Positions 13,131 through 26,195 of a stretch of 64,000 bases of DNA are shown one piece after another. Position numbers and translations under genes: made by a program. Each line of letters begins with the position of its first letter. Position 1 is the stretch's first letter. Source of the DNA: Vicugna vicugna. Its lineage: Eukaryota. The notes under the pieces are model-generated. The model was not told the DNA's origin. It worked only from the letters and a program-made list of their open reading frames with translations, and did not search any database. Location: NCBI GenBank assembly GCA_013265495.1, contig MU058065.1:10395720-10459719 (forward strand). The letters are read 5' to 3'.

Positions 13131-14854
13131 ATGGGCTTTGTCCAGCATTGTGAAATTGATTAGTAACACTTTCATGTGATATAAAGGGATATTTGTTTTC
13201 TGTTAAGGAGGAATATTGCTATGCAAATTTTAATGGTCATTTCTTTTAAAATACCTTATGTATTTGTTGAGAAAAAAGCCATATACTATGTAGAACCTAA
13301 TACAATGTATTCAACTTGGGAGAAACTCCATTTATATTAATTGAGTGCTTGAAAACAGACAGAAGCATGAATATTTTTATGGCCTATGTCTACTATTTTT
13401 AATACAACATAAAGTGAAGAAAGTTTTGAAACCTAATGTAAGAAACAGTAAAGACTGCTTGAAGCGTATCTACTCTGATCTCCTGACTATGTAAGTGTGC
13501 GAACCAAAGTTTATGTCACAATGTTGGTGACACTTAGGAGTTGTTAGAATAAGATGTTCAAAAGGTGTTTCTATTCTGATTTCATCATAACTAATTCACT
13601 CTAAGTGCAAACACTGAATAAGTTTGAATATTTAGATATTTACAGTGGAAGAAGTTGAATGACATTTCTGATTCAAAATGAATAACTTTGTTAATGTTTA
13701 GGAAGAAGCATCCAGTTTCACTGATGGAAAATCTTTATTTTAAGATGGGGAGAAAATTGTAACATACTAAGAACAAAGCGGGTCTGTGTGGTCAATGCTT
13801 TTTGATTCACATTTCAAAGAAACTAGAACCAAATGTAAGAGAATGAACAAGAAAATGATTAATTGTTGCAAAAATCCAAATGGCCTGACAATTTTAAAAA
13901 TATATACCCATTGCAAGACACTTCTGTCTTTTTTGCATTCATCTCAGTGTGGAGAGGGCTACTTACTTCCCAGGGATTATGGGTAGTAACTATTACTTTA
14001 TTCTAAAAGTGATTACTATTGGCTAATAAACTACACATTTAGTTGAAAGTTAAATTTTGAGACTCTGTGCTCTTTGTTAGCATTGCCAAAATAAGGTTTA
14101 AAATATTATTGGCTTGTAAAATATATGTTCATTTCATTGTTCTTTCTAACTGAAGGAACCTGACTAGTCATTCTCTAAATTAACTTACATTGTGAGCTTT
14201 CAAGTTGGTGTAATTACCTCATTCTTCAAATTTGTTTAAGGGCAAAGCTGACTTCTCGAAAGGTCATGAAGATCTGGCAATGTAGGTGTTGCCTCTACAC
14301 TTTTTTTTTCAATGATGCTTTCTCTAACACACAGAAATGTACAAAATGAAGGAATAACCTTACTATACCCACTTCTCAAAGATAAAGGGAAGACAGTGTT
14401 CAAAAAAGTTGTCATTTGAAGTATTTATCAATTATTGTAAAAATTATTGTATAATTTATACTTATCTTTTTCTATAATGATTAAATCAAATAAAACTGAG
14501 AATATTGATTATGAAAGAATTAAAATTAATTTAATTTTATCTAAATGATTTTTTCTTACCAAAAAAAAGCATGCCTTTATTTCAATAGCATTTGGGTTGA
14601 TGTCAGCAAAGTGAATTCTAGGTAAATTATATTCTCTAGACTATATGGGAAATAAAAATATTTAATGAGAGTGACTTTACTCAATACCACTCTAGACCAT
14701 GGGCTTAAGCTTATCTTTAGATAGACTATGAAAGATAATGGTTCCCTAATGAAACTTATCAGTGGAGAGTTAGCTCTTGGTACGCCCTCCAGTTTGTGTA
14801 TAGTTTTCACAATATCTAATATAAGTAGTTGTTTACTTTTCTGTCCTCTGTTGA

Positions 14855-15575
14855 AATAGAACCATTCAGTATGTGTTCCTCTGTGACTGGATTCTTTCAC
14901 TTAGCCTGTTTTCAAGATTTACCATATTATAGCATGTATCACTACTTTGTTTCTTTTTATTGCTGAATGGTATTGCACTGTATGGCTATACCACATTTTA
15001 TTTATCCATTTATCAGTTGCTGGATTCAGGGTTGTTTCCGCTTTTTAAAGAATGCTGTTAAGAATAATGCTTCTATAAATATTTGTGTACAAGTGTTTTA
15101 CAGATGTACATTTCATGATAACTATATTTAACTGTTTAAGGAGCTGCCAAATGGTTTTCCAAAGCAGCTGTATGACTTTACGTTATGAACAGGTGTGAGG
15201 GTGCTGGTTTCTCTACGTCCTTACCAACACTTAATAACTCCCTTTTTTATTATAGCTGTCCTAGAGTGTGAAGTGGTATTTCATTTGGTATTTATCACAT
15301 TTCCCTGATGACTAATGATGTTGAGTATCTTCTGTGGTTCTTAATCATATAGCTTCTTTGGAGAAATGTCTATTAAGATTATTGGGTTTTTTGACTATTT
15401 GGAGTTGTAATTCTTCATATATTAAAGATGTGAGTCCCATATCAGATATAAGATTTTCAAGTGTTCTCCAATTCTGTGCATTTTCTATTCACGTTCTTTC
15501 CACACAAAAGTTGTTATTTTTGGTGATGTCCAGCTTATCTATTTTTTCTCTCATCACTCGTGTTTTGATATAATT
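14855..15575 (-). mobile_element. L1 (L1MB-like) ORF2 end and 3' UTR
   Basis: Antisense L1 motifs: CTTTCACTTAGC, TTTTTATTGCTGAATGGTATT, GTGAAGTGGTATTTCATT, TTTCCCTGATGACTAATGATGTTGAG, TTCTTTGGAGAAATGTCTATT. Confidence 0.85.
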
Positions 15576-15956
15576 TTTTACTGTTTAATGTAAAAGTAAT
15601 ATGTGATATATGTAATATTTAGAAATCATAGAAAATGTAAAATGAAAAAAACTATTTTTAACCAAGGGCAACCACTGTTACTAATTTCTTCTTTAGTTTT
15701 TCTAGTTGTTTTACATAATTGATACTGTGGTATATACTTTTCATTATGCCTATGTTTTCAACTAATGTTATAGGCAAGGTGTTTTCCAGTCCTTAATTTT
15801 TTTTAAGCCATGCTGTTTATAATATTCAATTGCATTCTTTGACCATAGTTTAACTTAATTTTCCCCTAGCGTGATATTGGACATTTAGAACCTTTTATTG
15901 TTTTATTATTTCCATACCTTAAATTATTTCACTGATCAAGAGTCTTCAAGGTTGAA

Positions 15957-16121
15957 AAAAATTTCTTCTGTTTAGCACAGGAAACTTTATTCAATATCTT
16001 GTAATAACCTTTAATGAAAAAGAATATGAAAACAAATATATGTATGTATATGCAAGACTGGGACACTGTGCTATACACCAGAAATAGACACATTGTAACT
16101 AACTGTAGTTCAATTGGAAAA
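15957..16121 (+). mobile_element. 5'-truncated young L1 3' end with a ~19-bp TSD
   Basis: TAGCACAGGAAACTTTATTCAATATCTTGTAATAACC...CTATACACCAGAAA plus A tail; flanks AAGAGTCTTCAAGGTTGAA (15938-15956) and AAAAGTCTTCAAGGTGGAA (16122-16140). Confidence 0.9.
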
Positions 16122-18324
16122 AAAAGTCTTCAAGGTGGAATTATTATGTAAAAGAGTAATGGACATGTTTTAAAACTCTTTGATATAAATTGGCAAAATT
16201 GCTTCTCAGTGAAGGTATACCAATTTTCACTACCACTGGTAGTGACTGTGCCCTGTGCAAGGCTTTCTCTTTATTAGTATATTTATCTTCTTTAAGTCTT
16301 AGTAGATGAAACAGTTTGTGTTTAACATGTGTATTTCAACTCTCCATTTTTATTTCATATCAGTGAATTTATAAACATAAATATTTCATAAAAGTAAATG
16401 ATTGTATTTTCACAAGTTGAGGTTGCTGTACTTGAAAATCTGGATATCTTTCCTGTGTATTTTTAGGATTAGATTCTACTTTTTAATTTCTTGAAGGAAG
16501 TTTTTTCCTTTATCTGCTAGTTTTTACTTTTTATGATAGTGTATCATAGTAAAAGGAGTTTATTTTTTGACAGGAAAAAAAGTTTTATCTTTTATACTAA
16601 TGCTCTCATTAACACTTTGTACAAAACAGTAATAATGGTAAATTGAAAGGAGAAAAATACAGTAGAATATATTATTATAGTACACAATAAAAGAAGTTGA
16701 GTGAGTGACCTAGATTTCTGAAATATGAGATCTCCATTGAGAGACAAAATGACAAGAATCAAAGGCAAGATGCTCTAGATAATATACTATCAAAAAATTA
16801 GTAGCAGAATTTACTTCATTTGATTTCTTTATAACTACTAACAAGAATGATGTATTACTTATTATTTTAAAAGATTTCTCAATAAGCCAGAAAAGTGATG
16901 AACAGCTCTTTGACCCCAGACTCAGAAATAATTATGATTATATGCACTATTTAGCTTGAAAAGAATCAGACGCTGCTCATGGTCTGTTACTTCTACTATG
17001 ATATTTGATAATCTATACTTACAAGTTAGTGAAGATCTCTCAACCTTAGAAAGCTTCAAATGGACTTAGTTAGTCTTAATGAATAGTCAAGTATGTGTGC
17101 TACTTTTCTATTATCCACCTGTCGTAAACCTACCTAAGTATGAATTCCTGAAAGATGAACACATTGATTTTTATCTGCCATTGATAAAGCTTAAAAAATT
17201 CAGTTATTTTGAACTTATAAATATACTTTATTCAATAGAATATTAGAATAGAAAGTATGTAGATATTTCACACTATAGATTTTTGCTATCAAATGATGTA
17301 AGAATCATATTTTATAATTAACTGTGATTTGTTCTATTATCTTGTTTGAGGCAAGCAATGTGCCTTGATTGTAAAAATAATAGAAATTTTTCTATGGTTC
17401 CCATGGCATTAATGTGGATATTAAAAAATGTGAAAATAAACCATGTTGAAATATATAAGCATATGCTAACACGTGAACTTGCAAGAGTTGTATTATACAA
17501 TAGATATATTTAAATAGTCCTTAAATAATAATTTTACACATTCAACCCACGATTATCTTTGTTCTTAAGAAATCTGTTTCTCTGTTATTTACTGTTTTTC
17601 ATCCAGTTCCTCACTGCCAACAAAAGCATGAAAATTTAAAACTGCATCTCCAGATTCAGAGGTTACTACAGGTTTTTACACTATGTTTATTACACTTTAG
17701 TATGTTAGACCTCTATTTCATTTCTAATAAAGGCAGGAATTATGGTAAATTTTACATTGTGGATACTTTTAATTGATATTGGTGAAAAGAGGTGGTGATG
17801 AGGATAATATACCTATTTTTCTAAGTATTAGAGACAAATGAAACAACTACATGCCTAAATATTATCCATACGCTGGGCTCAAGCAATTGAGTTTGTTCCC
17901 CAAATGAGCAGAATGAAGCAAAAAAAACCCTCAAAAAACCAAAAAACTTACATACATATCAGGATATTCAAACCTACAAATCAAAATTCTCTCCTGTTGT
18001 TCTCATTTGTTTTCTTTTAGTAATACATCAGTAATGAGTTGTATTTTTTCCCTATTCTTAGTCACCATATAGGGGAATAATATAACCAATAGATTAGGGA
18101 TGAGAAAAGTGGCTTTAAGGTAAAAGAGAGAATGTACTGTTACCTCCATCTGGATACAATAAATGGTCAACAAGGAGGCTCTTGAGCACCACTGTGGTCA
18201 GTATGCACTGTTTAAAGACATCTGAAGCACTGGTGTGACAGGTGAGATGGATGGATGGCTTCTTGCTCTAAATAATCTCCTCAGAGAGTTTGGCTGAATA
18301 TTAGTTATGATCAAGGATTAAAGA

Positions 18325-18565
18325 GAGTGAAAGAGAGCACTTGTTTGGCAGTCAGATTTCCTAATTTGAATTCTTGCTTTTCTACTTACTAAGTCTCTGA
18401 CTTGGGGAGAGTTATTTAACTTGTCAGTACTCCAGCTTTTTTATTTTTAAAAATGAGAAAAATTATAATAATATTTCATAGGCGGGTTGTGAGGATTAGG
18501 CTAGTTATACATGTAAAACACATGTTCCTGGCACATAATAAGCTATCACACATGTTAGTCATTAT
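18325..18565 (+). mobile_element. MIR SINE
   Basis: GGCAGTCAGATTTCCTAATTTGAATTCT...CTTGGGGAGAGTTATTTAAC...GGGTTGTGAGGATTAG...CCTGGCACATAATAAG. Confidence 0.85.
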
Positions 18566-20929
18566 TCAAATATGAGTTATTTGTGATTTTGCTGTTTTTA
18601 TTGCAATAACACTGAGAGTGTCATATAAAATAAAATTAAAGATGAATTTATTAGTAAAACTGATGATTTTCTTAACAAGAAGCAAGCCTAGTAAGAAAAA
18701 ATAATGGGTCAGTCAATAGCCTCTTAAACTGAGAATTCTGACATGTATATGGCACACTGAGCTTTTCAGAGTGAGGCTTTCTAAGTAGTAATGCTTATTC
18801 ATATACTCCCAAGTTGTTGATACTGCTTATGCAACTTTTGCAAGAAGAATGGAGTATTTTATGTCCTTATTTTGAGGCTGATTGGAGAATGTAAAGGTAG
18901 AAAATGTGACATTTTTGATATTTCACTAAAGAAGAATTATAATTGACTGAAGATTTGTTTTTGTCTTTGGCGAAACAACAACAACAATAAGCCAATTAAA
19001 GTAAACGTATATGAGTGTCAATGCTCAAACTAGAAGTTAAGACTGCCTTACAAATACAGAGCTTTAGGTATAGTAGAAATTTAGGAATTAATCAAAAGTA
19101 GTCTTTTTATATTATTAGAAAATAGAATAGTGTGACAAATGACATTGAAAATCAATCAAATTATAAAATATTTTAAAGTGGAAGAAAATATCGTTATTTC
19201 TCTGTCTCTCTTTTAGTTTCTTTCCTTTTAACTCAAAATATATTAAAAAAACCCCACATAATCCAGGAAAAAACCCCCAAAACTAATGTATTCATTTGAA
19301 CTAAAGATTTAAGGTGGCTATTTTATGTAGTTAAATCAAAATAAATCAATAAACAATTATTTTTATACAACCTCATCCTCCTTTGAATACCACTATTAAT
19401 CTTGAATTAATTTTCTCATGCAATTGTTATAACAAGTAACAACATTATTGGTTTTTATATTCCAAATCCTATTTTTAAAAAATATAAAGGGCAAGGGAAA
19501 ATATATTCTCTACAAATCAATATTAAGGAAATAGATTGAAGCTATATTTCACTTATACAACCAAATAAGATTGACTATTCCCTGTTAAAGTACAAACAAA
19601 TCTTCTTTAAAGAGTAACACAAAAATAGTAAATTTTGCTTCATTGAATTCTTTCTTCCATAACTCCTTTTACTATATGTTTAATCACTAGCTTTCATTAC
19701 TAAAAATTGTGTATGTGTGCTATGAAGTCTCAATGCAAGGGGACTATTATCTTACAATGGTTTCTGGCCAATACATGCATTTTCCTAAGACTTCACTACT
19801 GTGTAATATTCATCCTTCTGTCAGCCCCTAAAAATATGCTAGGTCCCAGATTCTCTAAACTCATTTATTTTTATGACTTTATATTGACTTATTTCACCTG
19901 TTCATTTTTGTGCTGCTAGATCTCAACTGCGTGCTCCAGGTCTCTATCGTCCGTCTAGAGAGAGAGAGCTACATCTCACTAGAAGGCCTTACTGTAACCT
20001 CAAGTTTCATGTGTTCAAAATGAAGCTCATGTTCTTCCTTCTAGTGTAACATTGACTGTTAATGAGATCACATGCAAGTCAAACTCCTTAACCATCTACA
20101 TAGTACATTTCTTAGTAATTCCCTACTTCTGAAGAAATATTTAAGGGATTTACTTTTTTAAAAAATAGAGTTGTTGTTTTTTTTTTTCACTTCAGGATTT
20201 CTTTCTTTTTTTCTTTTCCCTTTTCTATTGATTGATTGATTGATTGCAAAAGTTTATTTCTTGCTTCTGATGGTTTGTTGCTTCCCATTCATTGGACTTC
20301 ATTTTCATCAGAACTAAGCTTTAGTCAATAGATGGGGAAGTAGAGTAAGAAAGACTGGAGTAAATACTGTAAATGGTACAGGCAGTTAATGCATAGACTG
20401 AAGTTTTTTAACTACAGTGGTGAGAAGAAGCCATGGTCATTCTGAGGGTAGGAAAAGAGACTCATAGTATAGATACAAGTTCCTAGGAGGAAGAAAATGA
20501 AAGAGAGTAAGAACTATGATGAAAAGTTCCAAATAGAACCAAAGCTTCATGAAGTGTAGGTTCAAGAGATAGGGTTGTCAAGACTAATGTTCATTTATTA
20601 GACAACTGGTAAAGATCTAGAAAGTCTGAAGATGGGAATAGAAATCCTTGGCAACAGGTGCAGGGGGGAAGGCAACTGGGAGATTTAAATTCATGAACGA
20701 AAATCTGCTCTCTCTTGTGGAAAGCCTCAGTGTTATCTGGTGATTGTTGAAAACCCTGACAGAAGTAGGTGGAAGGATATATGGCACAAACCCTACTAAT
20801 AAATTAGTATGTAAGTCTAAGGCTCCATTATTGGAGAACTGAAGCACAAGGCTGAAGTTGAACACTGTAAATCAAAGCAAAGATGTAGTTCCTAAAAATG
20901 GAGCTAACAAATTTAGAGCAAGACTGATA

Positions 20930-21135
20930 ATAACAGTTATAGTTACTATTTATTGAGTGATTATTTTGAGTCCAGAACTGTACATACAATATTTCTGATC
21001 TATTAAAAGAGGTATTATTGATCCTATTTTGCTGAGGCAAAGAGAAAAGCAAAAATTACACATAACATAAGCACTAGGCCTGAAATTCAAACCTAGATTT
21101 TCTTGAGTTCTAAATCCTCACTATTTTCACTTTAA
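20930..21135 (-). mobile_element. MIR SINE
   Basis: TACTATTTATTGAGTG...GAGGTATTATTGATCCTATTTTGCTGAGG...GAAATTCAAACCTAGATTTTC. Confidence 0.7.
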
Positions 21136-23489
21136 AATATTACCTCTCATCAAGCAGTTAAGCCCAGGAGAGTGTGCCCAATAAATTAGGTACCATGTTT
21201 CCACAAGTTAAGACAAATTTAAAATTAGAATTCTGATAGAGGTTACACATAGCCTAAACTTTGCTCATGTTTAGAACCTAATGCTGTTATCACCTAATAC
21301 AGTGGATCCTGTCCTTCCCTTTATCCATGTTATAACTAAAATTAGATATTCAAAATTATAAAATTCTAAGCAAGCAAAAATGTTAAATGTTAGCCATATT
21401 TTTATTTTGCTAAATCACTTGAACTTCTCATATATTCTATTACTAATTTTATTTAAGCTATTATATCTCATTTATTATTTGTCAAAAACCTACTTTTTAG
21501 AAACTAAGAGTGGTTAATTAGTTCTTTTGGCAAAAATTCCGAATCATCAAATTTTGATGTGTTGACTTTATTACGATTGGATCACAGGGGATAAATTCTT
21601 CAGTACTAGATAGTTTCTAGTTTTAAATCACTCTGTTTTCTTCTCGCTGCAAAGAGGACTGGATCAATTCATCTTTTCATCTCAAAAGTAATTTTATGGC
21701 TTTTTGCGTAAGGGAAAAACAAGGTCAAATAACTATTTTGGTTTCTTTATTATATGTTTGTATGCTAATTTTAGTTCTCAGAATCTCACTAACTCTGCTA
21801 GTATTAAGAATAAAAAGGTCGAAATATGTTCCTATCCCACCATGGCATGGGGCAAAGTTTCTTTAAGGAGAATTGGGCATTATATTTCTTGTTTTATTCA
21901 GAGCATTTTCTGATCTTATTCATCTGTGCAAGGCTGCGAGGGAAGGGGTCTCCTTAAGGGAAAGCCTCCAGGCCTACCCAAAGGTAGATCTGCATGAAAG
22001 GACTAGAGAACAATGTGCACTATGCAGAAGAAAGTTCCAAGTGAGCCAAGATAATTGAGCTGTGCTACTTATAATCCCCTTAAACTAAAAGCTACCTCTT
22101 CTAGCATGGAAACCTGCTTATATACTTGGCATTGACCTACATCAGCATTTCTGCAGCTTGTGAATCCTATAAAATGTGAGTTTGAACAAAATAAATTACT
22201 CTTGAGCTCCCCACAGAGGATAGACCATGTGACTAACACATATTACTGGTATAATGGTTGAAGAAATAATTTTGGGGGACTGGATGTTATTTACTTCTCT
22301 CCCATGTATCTATTCTTTTGATTTTATGGAAATCATTTTATACAGTTTAGTGATTTTTGCTGTTTTTCATACTGTTTACTAAAGTTTAATGTTTGTAGGC
22401 ATCCAGAAATAAATTTTGACCTACTTTAGATATCTTCTACTTAAATAAATTATTTGATAAATGTTTTTTCCTCAGGAATTTGAATTTCTTTTACGATTTA
22501 TTTTCTTTTTCAGTTGTTTTTCTTTGAATGTCAATAGACGTTATCTGATGTTATTTGTGTCTAACAATCAGTCCTTACCAGTGTGATCTCACTAAATCCA
22601 CTCCCCAGTTTTCTAACACTAACCCATATTACTGACTTCCGAATATTCAGGTATTTCTCTGAATTCTCAATAATCACCTTATGTTTCATGTACTCTTTTG
22701 ATATTGGAGACTCTGTGTAATTTACCTTCCTAGAAAGAAGAATGGCAAATGAGAAATGAGAAAAGACAGTAATTAAGAGCAGGCTTTCATTTTAGTGTCA
22801 TTGGCAGTTAAATGTGACAGTTACAGTGAATACTTCATAACAAGCCATTCCCTAGACAGCAAGATCGACATTTGTAAATAGTTTAAAAATAGTGAGTAGA
22901 GATTTCATGATTGGATGACTGGTGAAATAGCAGTAAAACTTATCCTAATGCTACTCCTGTGCCCTCAGCTTTATCCACTGTGGCATTGCTCTTAATTCTG
23001 ATTGAACAAGGCCAGTGAAGTTCACCTCATACTGTCAATGATTCAGTGATACTTACCTGAATATGCTATCTACAGAACCTCTTTATTTGTTTTTACTATC
23101 TTATAATGATCTAAGAATGAATGCACTCTCAACTACTATATGTAGTTTCTCAAATTCAGAGAATAAAAGGATATTGTGGACAGCCCCTTTCCCTCCTTCT
23201 GTATCTCCAATTTTTATTTCCTTAAATGTGAGTTTGTTTTCCTTTCCTTATGCTTCTGTACACATGATTTAGTCATAACCCTGGAATCAGAAGAAAAGTC
23301 AAAAGCCCCAAGCCTACTATTTCTGGGCCAGAGGATTGTGGGAAGGAGACGAGGGTATAGATAGAAGAGAAAGGACCAGAATTCATTATAAAGAGTGTCA
23401 AGGAAAGGGAACAAAAGCCCTGGAAAATTTACTGTAGGAGACAGAGTGACTTAAGGGACTATTTAAGTTATTAAATTGAAGTTAATTAG

Positions 23490-23578
23490 CATATTGATTA
23501 CTTCAACAAATATATATTGAGAATTCACTGTGGGTCAGGTACTGTTTAAGTGGTAAAGATACAGCACTTGTTAAACAG
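23490..23578 (-). mobile_element. L2 3' end fragment
   Basis: TTCAACAAATATATATTGAGAATTCACTGTGGGTCAGGTACTGTTTAAG is an antisense L2 tail. Confidence 0.7.
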
Positions 23579-23580
23579 AT

Positions 23581-24835
23581 CGTCTTCTGTCAGATGATCA
23601 TAGGGAATTCACTTTGAGCCCATAGTTATGAGTTGAAGTTAGATCAGTAGGAACAGGCACATTGCTAGCGTGAGTGAATTGTCCATGCAGCACATCTGTG
23701 CCTTCGAGACGATCAGGCTGAGAGCAAAATTCAATGCTAACACTAGAGTTTGGGCCATTGAGAAAATACAATGATGTGATTTAAATGGATGAGATGGACT
23801 AATTATGGAGGTGAAACAGGTTGCGTAGTCACTTGGTAGCTCGACATTTTTCACTTTATCTCTGCTGGAGCCTGGTAGCTAACTGATACCCGTTTCTCAA
23901 GGGGAGAACAGTTACTGGCTGGGCTGAGATATCTGCTAACTCTACGTCAAAAATCTAGACCCCTCTTATCCTACTGAAATTTGTCTCCATATAGGACTCA
24001 ATTTCTGCTGCAGAAACTTCGAATTTCATTGGCTTCTGCTGCTCATAATGGCTGTTGTCAGAGGCACTTGTGCCCTGAACTGAACTAGCTGGAGGTTCTT
24101 CTCTTATTCTACGTCTCACTAAAATACTGCAGCTATGCAGTTGCTTGGTCAATAGAACAGATGAACAGATTCAAGTACAGAAAGTGTGCCTTCCCAGTTC
24201 AAAGTGGCCCGTCTGATAGTTTTCCTTCTTAATTGTATGGTATATGTGTAGCAAAATGTCTGTTATTGTCAGGTCATATTTGGGCTCTTAGAATGTTATA
24301 TAACGCAGTGAATTTTATTTTATCCCGTCCTCTGTCACACATCTCTCTTATTAAGACATGCAAAGGTAATTACTACTGCTTTCCTTCCAGGTGTTCTGAA
24401 CTAAAATGTCATCAATCTGGGAGACAACTATGGTGTCCTTTTTAGCAGTGAGGTTATCAGGGCCCATGTGGCATGGGGACAGAGAGTGAGCTATCCTCAA
24501 AACGGGTTGGCAAGGGTATTGGTGTTTCCACCAGGCAAAAGTAACTGCTTCTGGTAGTCCGTATGTGTCAGATGGTAGAAAAATGCTTTTGGAAGATAAA
24601 GTACATTGCAGATATTAGGACTTCATCAAGGAGACTATAACTGGAACAAAAGTCCCTTTCAGATTCTTCACTTGATTACATTTAGGCAAGCATTTCAAAT
24701 ACGTGGAAGTCTTTGTTGTTTGTTAAGATGGAAAATTGAACGTAATGAAAGATACCATACTTGCATATGTTAAGCGATTGATGCTAGCATTAATCTCTGT
24801 AGTTTCTCTAAGAAAGTAATGCATTTTATTTTCTA
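23581..24835 (-). mobile_element. Decayed ERV-L (class III ERV) pol fragment: reverse transcriptase and connection domain
   Basis: Manual minus-strand translation across frameshifts gives KCNQVKNLKGTFVPVIVSL, LPKAFF, FAWWKHQY, IVVSQIDDIL (YIDD catalytic site equivalent), SHYEQQKPMKFEVSAAE, NCSPLEKRV and IPYDHLTED. These are colinear with recalled HERV-L Pol (KLNQVVTPIAAAVPDVVSL, DLANAFF, FSWQGQQY, LVHYIDDIM, GPYDPADPMVLEVSVAD, NYSPFERQL, VPYDQLTEE). Confidence 0.88.
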
Positions 24836-24959
24836 CTTTGGTAGTAATTGAGATTTAGAGCATTTTTAACTTATTGTAATAGCCCTCATTCTTATGTGGA
24901 ATGAAATAAGATTAAGGAAAGAGTGTTCAGGGAAACTCAGGGGAGCTAATGAACATTCT

Positions 24960-25175
24960 GTCTGTGTTCCTCTTGTGAAATAATTCACCTCCAACAAATG
25001 CACTTTTCTCTCTGTGCATCTCATTTTCAATTTTCAAATTCCTAAAGTAGATAATCCCATTGATCCAGGTTTGGTCAGTTTTCTCTACTTGGATCGATTA
25101 GCCATGGCCAAGGGGCAAGAAGAATAAGAATGAGAAATGCCCAGATAAGAGTCAGTGTTAGTCTGGCAGCCAAGA
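24960..25175 (-). mobile_element. Old MLT1 (J/K-like) LTR fragment
   Basis: CATTGATCCAGGTTTGGTCAGT...TTGGATCGATTAGCCATGGCCAAGGGG resembles the recalled MLT1J/K motif. Confidence 0.5.
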
Positions 25176-25367
25176 GAATTTAAATCCAAATTTGTAGCTA
25201 ACTCACTACACTAAAGAAAAGAAAAATGATTCTTTGAGACTCTAGGTGCATTTTAATTAGGAAATTTAAAATTCTTTCTGAAACAGAACATCACTTTGGA
25301 TATGAATTGAAAAGTGTTAAACGCAGATAATACACTTACCTTCTTTATTAAAATCTATCAAATTTTA

Positions 25368-25605
25368 GGCAGCATAGCAGAGTATTCAGGAGTTTGGCCT
25401 CCAGACCTAGATCACCCTTTTGAATTCTGCCCTTGAGCCCATATTACTTAATCCTTTGTACTTCAAGTTCCTAAACTGAAAATGAAAATAATAATATAAT
25501 TACCTAATAGGGTTGTTTTGAGGAAGAAATGAGTTAATGCTGAAGTGTGTTTACATATTATGTCTAACACATAGTAAGCACTATATAAGGTTTGTTAAAT
25601 AAATA
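25368..25605 (+). mobile_element. MIR SINE
   Basis: GGCAGCATAGCAGAGT...TTACTTAATCCTTTGTACTTCAAGTTCCT...TACCTAATAGGGTTGTTTTGAGGAAGAAATGAGTTAATG. Confidence 0.85.
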
Positions 25606-26063
25606 CATAAAGCAAACGTATAAGAAAAGTGAAAAATTTAGCTAAATGATTTAACAAAAGAATCCTGTTAAGATGTGAACTCAGCAAAATCACGTATGTA
25701 TGTGGAGACATTCTTTAATAGTAATATAATGCCAGATACAAGTGGAAAAGTTTAGAAGAAGTTATGAAACTATGGCTAAATAATTAGGTAGATTCTACCT
25801 AATTGGATGTTTAATTAAGTTACAATCAAAACTTTTAACTGAGAAAAGACTTAAGAGGTCTAAAGTAAATGATAAGTATTTTACTAAGCATAATACCCGA
25901 TTCTGCCCCTTCCTCAATCTCACCTTAAGAATTTTTTACTTGCAAAGAGGACACATATTTTTTCCCACTCTCTGCCGTGTGGGAACAGGTGGCTCTTATC
26001 TTTCATAGGTGGGCAAATATGTCTGGTTCTAGAGTGAAGCATTTAAAAATCCCTTTTTAAAAA

Positions 26064-26195
26064 AAACATTGAAGTATACTCAGTTTACAATGTTGTGTCA
26101 ATTTGTGTCAGTTTCTGATGTACAGCATAATGTTTCAGTCTCACATATACATGCATATATTCATTTTCATATTCTTTTTCATTATAGTTGCCACA
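26064..26195 (-). mobile_element. Short L1 3' end (same family as 4395)
   Basis: ATTGAAGTATACTCAGTTTACAATGTTGTGTC...TTTCTGATGTACAGCATAATG...TTTTCATATTCTTTTTCATTATAG. Confidence 0.85.

Noticed and set aside
23581..24835. Endogenous bornavirus or other non-retroviral EVE, or a processed pseudogene
   Set aside because: The translations did not match recalled bornavirus L or G proteins and instead gave colinear ERV-L Pol motifs.
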